Below, in pieces: positions 57,365 through 60,217 of a DNA stretch of 60,217 nt. The DNA is taken from positions 1-60,217 of IMG/VR virus record IMGVR_UViG_3300043427_000906. The stretch is one strand, 5' to 3'. Within the stretch, counting starts at the first letter, position 1; the number at the start of each line of letters is the position of its first letter. The stretch comes from a virus. Taxonomy: Duplodnaviria; Caudoviricetes. The position numbers were made by a program, and so were the translations under genes. Under the pieces are notes generated by a model. The model searched no databases and had not been told where the DNA came from. It saw only the letters and a program-made list of their open reading frames with translations.

Positions 57365-57640
57365 TTACTCAATCTCTACTAGTTCACCATCCTTTAGTAC
57401 GTACTGATAGTCATCTTCATCCTCCCATTCAGTCCAATAAGAATCAGTATCGGCTATTAACTCACCATCCTCATCCGTATCTCCCGAATAGACCATATCG
57501 TGCCATTCAGCATCGGTAAATTCTTTATTGAGGCAGTTTTGTGAGCAGTAGTATTCTACACCACCGCCAACTACATAGCCATCATTCATACCACATCCAC
57601 ACTCGGTGCATTTTCTTGCAAATTTCATAGGATTAATCAT
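57365..57640 (-). CDS. Acidic zinc-finger early protein
   Basis: CTEC...YYCSQNC; acidic tail with YWTEW. Confidence 0.65.
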   Translation of the reverse strand: MINPMKFARKCTECGCGMNDGYVVGGGVEYYCSQNCLNKEFTDAEWHDMVYSGDTDEDGELIADTDSYWTEWEDEDDYQYVLKDGELVEIE

Positions 57641-57785
57641 TTAATGAATTAATGTGTTCAATTTCAGCATCATCTAGGTAGATGCAGAGTCCGTTATCTA
57701 GTTTGATGTAGTGGTCACCGGCATCAATTATCTTTTTGCCTACTAGATAATCTTTGGTTTCGGGTGAGATTTTTTCAACTTGCAT
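57633..57785 (-). CDS. Hypothetical early protein, 50 aa (MQVEKISPETKDYLVGKKI...)
   Basis: Translated by hand. Confidence 0.55.
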   Translation of the reverse strand: MQVEKISPETKDYLVGKKIIDAGDHYIKLDNGLCIYLDDAEIEHINSLND

Positions 57786-57803
57786 AGTTTGTGTTTTGGT
57801 TAT

Positions 57804-58013
57804 TTAGATAATAGTTTTTAGGACTCTATGCCCATAGAAGGCATATTGACCAAATTCTACGTAGTTACTTTCAGCATCAATGCAGTTCGTAACTTTCAAT
57901 AACTTACCTCTTGGAGGTGTGTCTCCTTCTAGGTCTTCAATGTCTAGAACAATGACCTCATCCCCAACTTCTAGGGTGTTGCCATCTACATCATTACAAA
58001 AAAAGTTTTTCAT
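57804..58013 (-). CDS. Small SH3/KOW-like early protein (start MKNFFC)
   Basis: DVDGNTLEVGDEV motif. Confidence 0.55.
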   Translation of the reverse strand: MKNFFCNDVDGNTLEVGDEVIVLDIEDLEGDTPPRGKLLKVTNCIDAESNYVEFGQYAFYGHRVLKTII

Positions 58014-58033
58014 ATTATAGGGGGTTTGGTGAG

Positions 58034-58079
58034 GAACTGAGGGTGGTTTCGCTCCGACTTCGGTCAAACTTCGCAGTCC
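58034..58079 (-). ncRNA. Mini-tRNA-like junction element E4 (degenerate)
   Basis: GGACUG...CGAA-GUCGG(AGCGAAA)CCACC-CUCAGUUC then CUCACCAAA; 3' half identical to E5. Confidence 0.6.
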
Positions 58080-58085
58080 GGTGGA

Positions 58086-58262
58086 TTAAAATTTAATCCA
58101 TTGTTCTTCCGGAAGGAACTCAAGAAGATTGTCTTTGGGAATAAAGGACAATAATGCCCAAACAGCAGTAGTGTCTCCATCTTCAACATCTTTTAAAATC
58201 TGCTCAATTACTGCATCAATTAATGCTTTTTTTTCTACCATAACTTCAATAGTTGTCTTCAT
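58086..58262 (-). CDS. Hypothetical early protein, 58 aa (MKTTIEVMVEKKALIDAVIEQI...)
   Basis: Translated by hand; exactly bracketed by E5 and E4. Confidence 0.7.
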   Translation of the reverse strand: MKTTIEVMVEKKALIDAVIEQILKDVEDGDTTAVWALLSFIPKDNLLEFLPEEQWIKF

Positions 58263-58282
58263 TTGTGTTTTGATTTGGTGAG

Positions 58283-58328
58283 GAACTGAGGGTGGTAACG
58301 AACCACCTTCGCACGTTGCTCTCAGTTC
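58283..58328 (-). ncRNA. Mini-tRNA-like junction element E5
   Basis: GAACUGAG-AGCAACGUGCGAA-GGUGG(UUCGUUA)CCACC-CUCAGUUC then CUCACCAAA. Confidence 0.78.
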
Positions 58329-58334
58329 GGGGGA

Positions 58335-58820
58335 TTAAAACTCCCAGTCATAGTGATACTCTGCAACACCGAAGAGGATATTAACCTTATCGAATGACTT
58401 CTTGACTTTAGTCACTCCATCAATCAATCGAAGGTCACCTCTATCATCCCATACGTTAAGTAGCTTCTGCGCATCCCATAACTCCTCTCTAGTGGCGAAA
58501 GAATTGTACCAATCATCGTTGAATACAATCATATTGCACTCTTTCCTCCACGCACGATTGCGGTATACTAAGGTATGCTTGGGGGCAGATAGGTCGGGGG
58601 TAATATCCCACTCTTGATGTCCCATACCTTCGCCTATCGCTTTATGCTTCATCGCTCTAATTACGCACCTCTTACCATCATTAGATACCTCTAGCACCTC
58701 GTAAGGGTATCGGTCGGAATACATTAGCAGAGTAGCACCTTTGCCTACTTCGGGAACGGATGAATTGTTGCCCATTAGGTAGTTGGTGAAGCTACCTTCT
58801 AGTTTTCTTTTTTGTCTCAT
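58335..58820 (-). CDS. Hypothetical early protein
   Basis: PEVGKGAT...SDRYPYEV...G....YDWEF. Confidence 0.7.
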   Translation of the reverse strand: MRQKRKLEGSFTNYLMGNNSSVPEVGKGATLLMYSDRYPYEVLEVSNDGKRCVIRAMKHKAIGEGMGHQEWDITPDLSAPKHTLVYRNRAWRKECNMIVFNDDWYNSFATREELWDAQKLLNVWDDRGDLRLIDGVTKVKKSFDKVNILFGVAEYHYDWEF

Positions 58821-58839
58821 AGGTTTAAAATTTGATTCG

Positions 58840-58882
58840 TAACTGGGAGGGGAGTCGAACCCCTCCTAAGACCATCCAGTTA
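58840..58882 (-). ncRNA. Mini-tRNA-like junction element E6
   Basis: UAACUGG-AUGGUCUUAG-GAGGGG(UUCGACU)CCCCUC-CCAGUUA; begins in the upstream stop codon. Confidence 0.8.
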
Positions 58883-59641
58883 TCCGCATACGAACTCCGG
58901 TATGCTTACTTCAACCCCATTCTCTACGATATCTTTCAGCCAGTTCTTCTCCTTGCCACTCATCAGCAAGGTGAATCCTAATCTCTCTTCGGTTTCTACG
59001 TAGCGCTTGTATAGGTCGGGATTATGCTTAGCCGCTACTTTGATATCACTTTTATTGGACATAATACAAAACACACACGATAGTCGGCTCATACCTAAAT
59101 CGTAGGCATAGTGTCTCTTTTGACCTACTGATTCGATTTCTGCCCATACTTCCTTAACACTCCAGTCAAAAATGGGTAACCAGTCATACCATTCGCGACC
59201 GGCTTTGCTATTGCGTTCACTGATACGGAATGGGATTTGTTTTGCTCGTGCTGATGATTCTTCCGCGCGGATGCCCATACAATTCACGATGATATTTTTG
59301 CCGTTTTCCTTGCACCAGTTACGGATAAATTTCTCAATCGGTTGTCTCTTGAGGTCACTGGTACACTGGCGATAACTGGGGGATGGGAACATACCACGAT
59401 GCTCGACCATCTCAAAGAAAGTTTTTCCGGCACGTACCATATGCGCCTCAATGCCCATTGAATTCTGCTGAACGTGTTCCCAACATCCCTCCCAGTCAAC
59501 TTCGGGTAGGTCTGCGTGGATGATTACCAGTTGGTCGTGTGGAACGACTTTGCTCAAAAATATTTTCATTGCTTGAGAATCCTTTCCACCGGAATCATTG
59601 ATGAAAAATATTGCGCCTCTGTCAATTAATTGCTGAATCAT
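58880..59641 (-). CDS. PAPS reductase-family (PP-loop, Fe-S) protein
   Basis: DSGGKDS, QCTSDLKRQP, GIRAEESSAR, WLPIFDW, SRLSCVFC. Confidence 0.85.
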   Translation of the reverse strand: MIQQLIDRGAIFFINDSGGKDSQAMKIFLSKVVPHDQLVIIHADLPEVDWEGCWEHVQQNSMGIEAHMVRAGKTFFEMVEHRGMFPSPSYRQCTSDLKRQPIEKFIRNWCKENGKNIIVNCMGIRAEESSARAKQIPFRISERNSKAGREWYDWLPIFDWSVKEVWAEIESVGQKRHYAYDLGMSRLSCVFCIMSNKSDIKVAAKHNPDLYKRYVETEERLGFTLLMSGKEKNWLKDIVENGVEVSIPEFVCG

Positions 59642-59660
59642 AAAATTGGGGTTTGGTGGT

Positions 59661-59704
59661 AACTGGGGGCAGTATCGCTCTGCCTTCGGACTTTCCTCCC
59701 AGTT
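59661..59704 (-). ncRNA. Mini-tRNA-like junction element E7
   Basis: AACUGGG-A-GGA(AAG)UCC-GAA-GGCAG(AGCGAUA)CUGCC-CCCAGUU followed directly by ACCA. Confidence 0.75.
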
Positions 59705-59711
59705 CGGGTGA

Positions 59712-59795
59712 CTACTTACAAAACTGGTCTTGCAGTAGACCTACAACGTACCCTACTACTAGCAGAGTAACGAAGAGATAGATAACTTGTCTCAT
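59712..59795 (-). CDS. 27-aa membrane peptide (MRQVIYLFVTLLVVGYVVGLLQDQFCK)
   Basis: Translated by hand; ATGA-coupled to the upstream ORF, stop directly before E7. Confidence 0.6.
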   Translation of the reverse strand: MRQVIYLFVTLLVVGYVVGLLQDQFCK

Positions 59796-59983
59796 AAGGA
59801 TAAATTTGCTTGTCTACAAATGCGCTCCCATTTTAGGTCTCGGAGCAATTGCTTAGAATCACCGCCAATTTCGTTGAGAATCTGCCTTACCCTATTATGG
59901 GTGGAGATGGTAACCTCAGTACGGCGGATGAGCTGACCATTGGTCTTGGATGTGAATAACGGCATTTTTTTACGCGTTCTCAT
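59792..59983 (-). CDS. Basic early protein (MRTRKK...)
   Basis: ORF track. Confidence 0.6.
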   Translation of the reverse strand: MRTRKKMPLFTSKTNGQLIRRTEVTISTHNRVRQILNEIGGDSKQLLRDLKWERICRQANLSL

Positions 59984-60217
59984 GGGTAGGAGATTTTAAG
60001 ATGATTGAATCGGATTCGAATTTTACTATAGCCCATCCTAAGTACATTAGTTGGGCGGCAAGTTTCTGACCACTGAGGGTGGTTAGGTCGATTGTCTGCA
60101 TAACTGATTTTTAAATGATTAAAACAATGTTGATGCGATAAGTAGGCAGATGCCAAACACCGCGATAAAATAGCAAAAACCTTCGATAATTTGTCTTGCT
60201 TCGTTCGTAGTTTGATG
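59962..60217. repeat. Terminal overlap, allele B (lacks the 57-aa gene)
   Basis: Matches 1-22 joined directly to 183-416. Confidence 0.95.

Noticed and set aside
59687-59698. GAGGAAAGTCCG (minus strand) resembles the RNase P RNA conserved region I
   Set aside because: No room for the rest of an RNase P RNA and no 3' P4 partner; it is the small GGA-AAG-UCC hairpin of element E7.
55589-59704. Junction elements as integron attC sites (AAC...GTT ends next to stop codons, recombinase nearby)
   Set aside because: Shorter than typical attC, flanks do not fit RYYYAAC/GTTRRRY, T-loop motifs and a G-U pair favour folding of the mRNA strand, the recombinase shows no recognisable IntI features, and the observed indel does not use one. 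Not fully excluded.
55589-59704. Junction elements as a CRISPR array or intrinsic terminators
   Set aside because: Spacing is gene-sized and irregular, copies are divergent, no cas genes are present, and there are no 3' U-tracts.

Overview
The window is an essentially complete ~60 kb tailed-phage genome with podovirus, crAss-like/Flavobacterium-phage-type architecture. The host is most likely Bacteroidota, inferred from TTTG-N20/21-TAnnTTTG promoters. Two arms diverge from a non-coding control region at ~420-2280. The + arm (2283-44047) carries small basic proteins, HNH and PD-(D/E)XK nucleases, a tandem GroES, three glycosyltransferases, terminase, portal, capsid, fibres, holin/spanin, tail ring/stabilisation proteins, large ejection proteins and endolysin. 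The - arm (422->1, continuing 60217->44024) carries many small early genes, a PAPS-reductase-family protein, a tyrosine recombinase, Sak/YqaJ recombination proteins, primase-helicase, resolvase and dNMP kinase. No DNA or RNA polymerase is recognisable. The contig ends overlap but are two alleles, one with an extra 57-aa gene. The most striking unexplained signal is at RNA level, on the early (-) transcript. It opens with a ~400-nt structured leader ending in a canonical type III hammerhead ribozyme 58 nt before the first ATG. Seven gene junctions then carry a covarying 41-47 nt 'mini-tRNA' element (acceptor-like stem plus T-arm, no anticodon), and an anticodon-less tRNA-like cloverleaf lies further downstream. 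Together these suggest a ribozyme plus tRNA-mimic punctuation system for processing the early polycistron. That function is inference. All protein calls come from motif recognition by eye, not from database searches.
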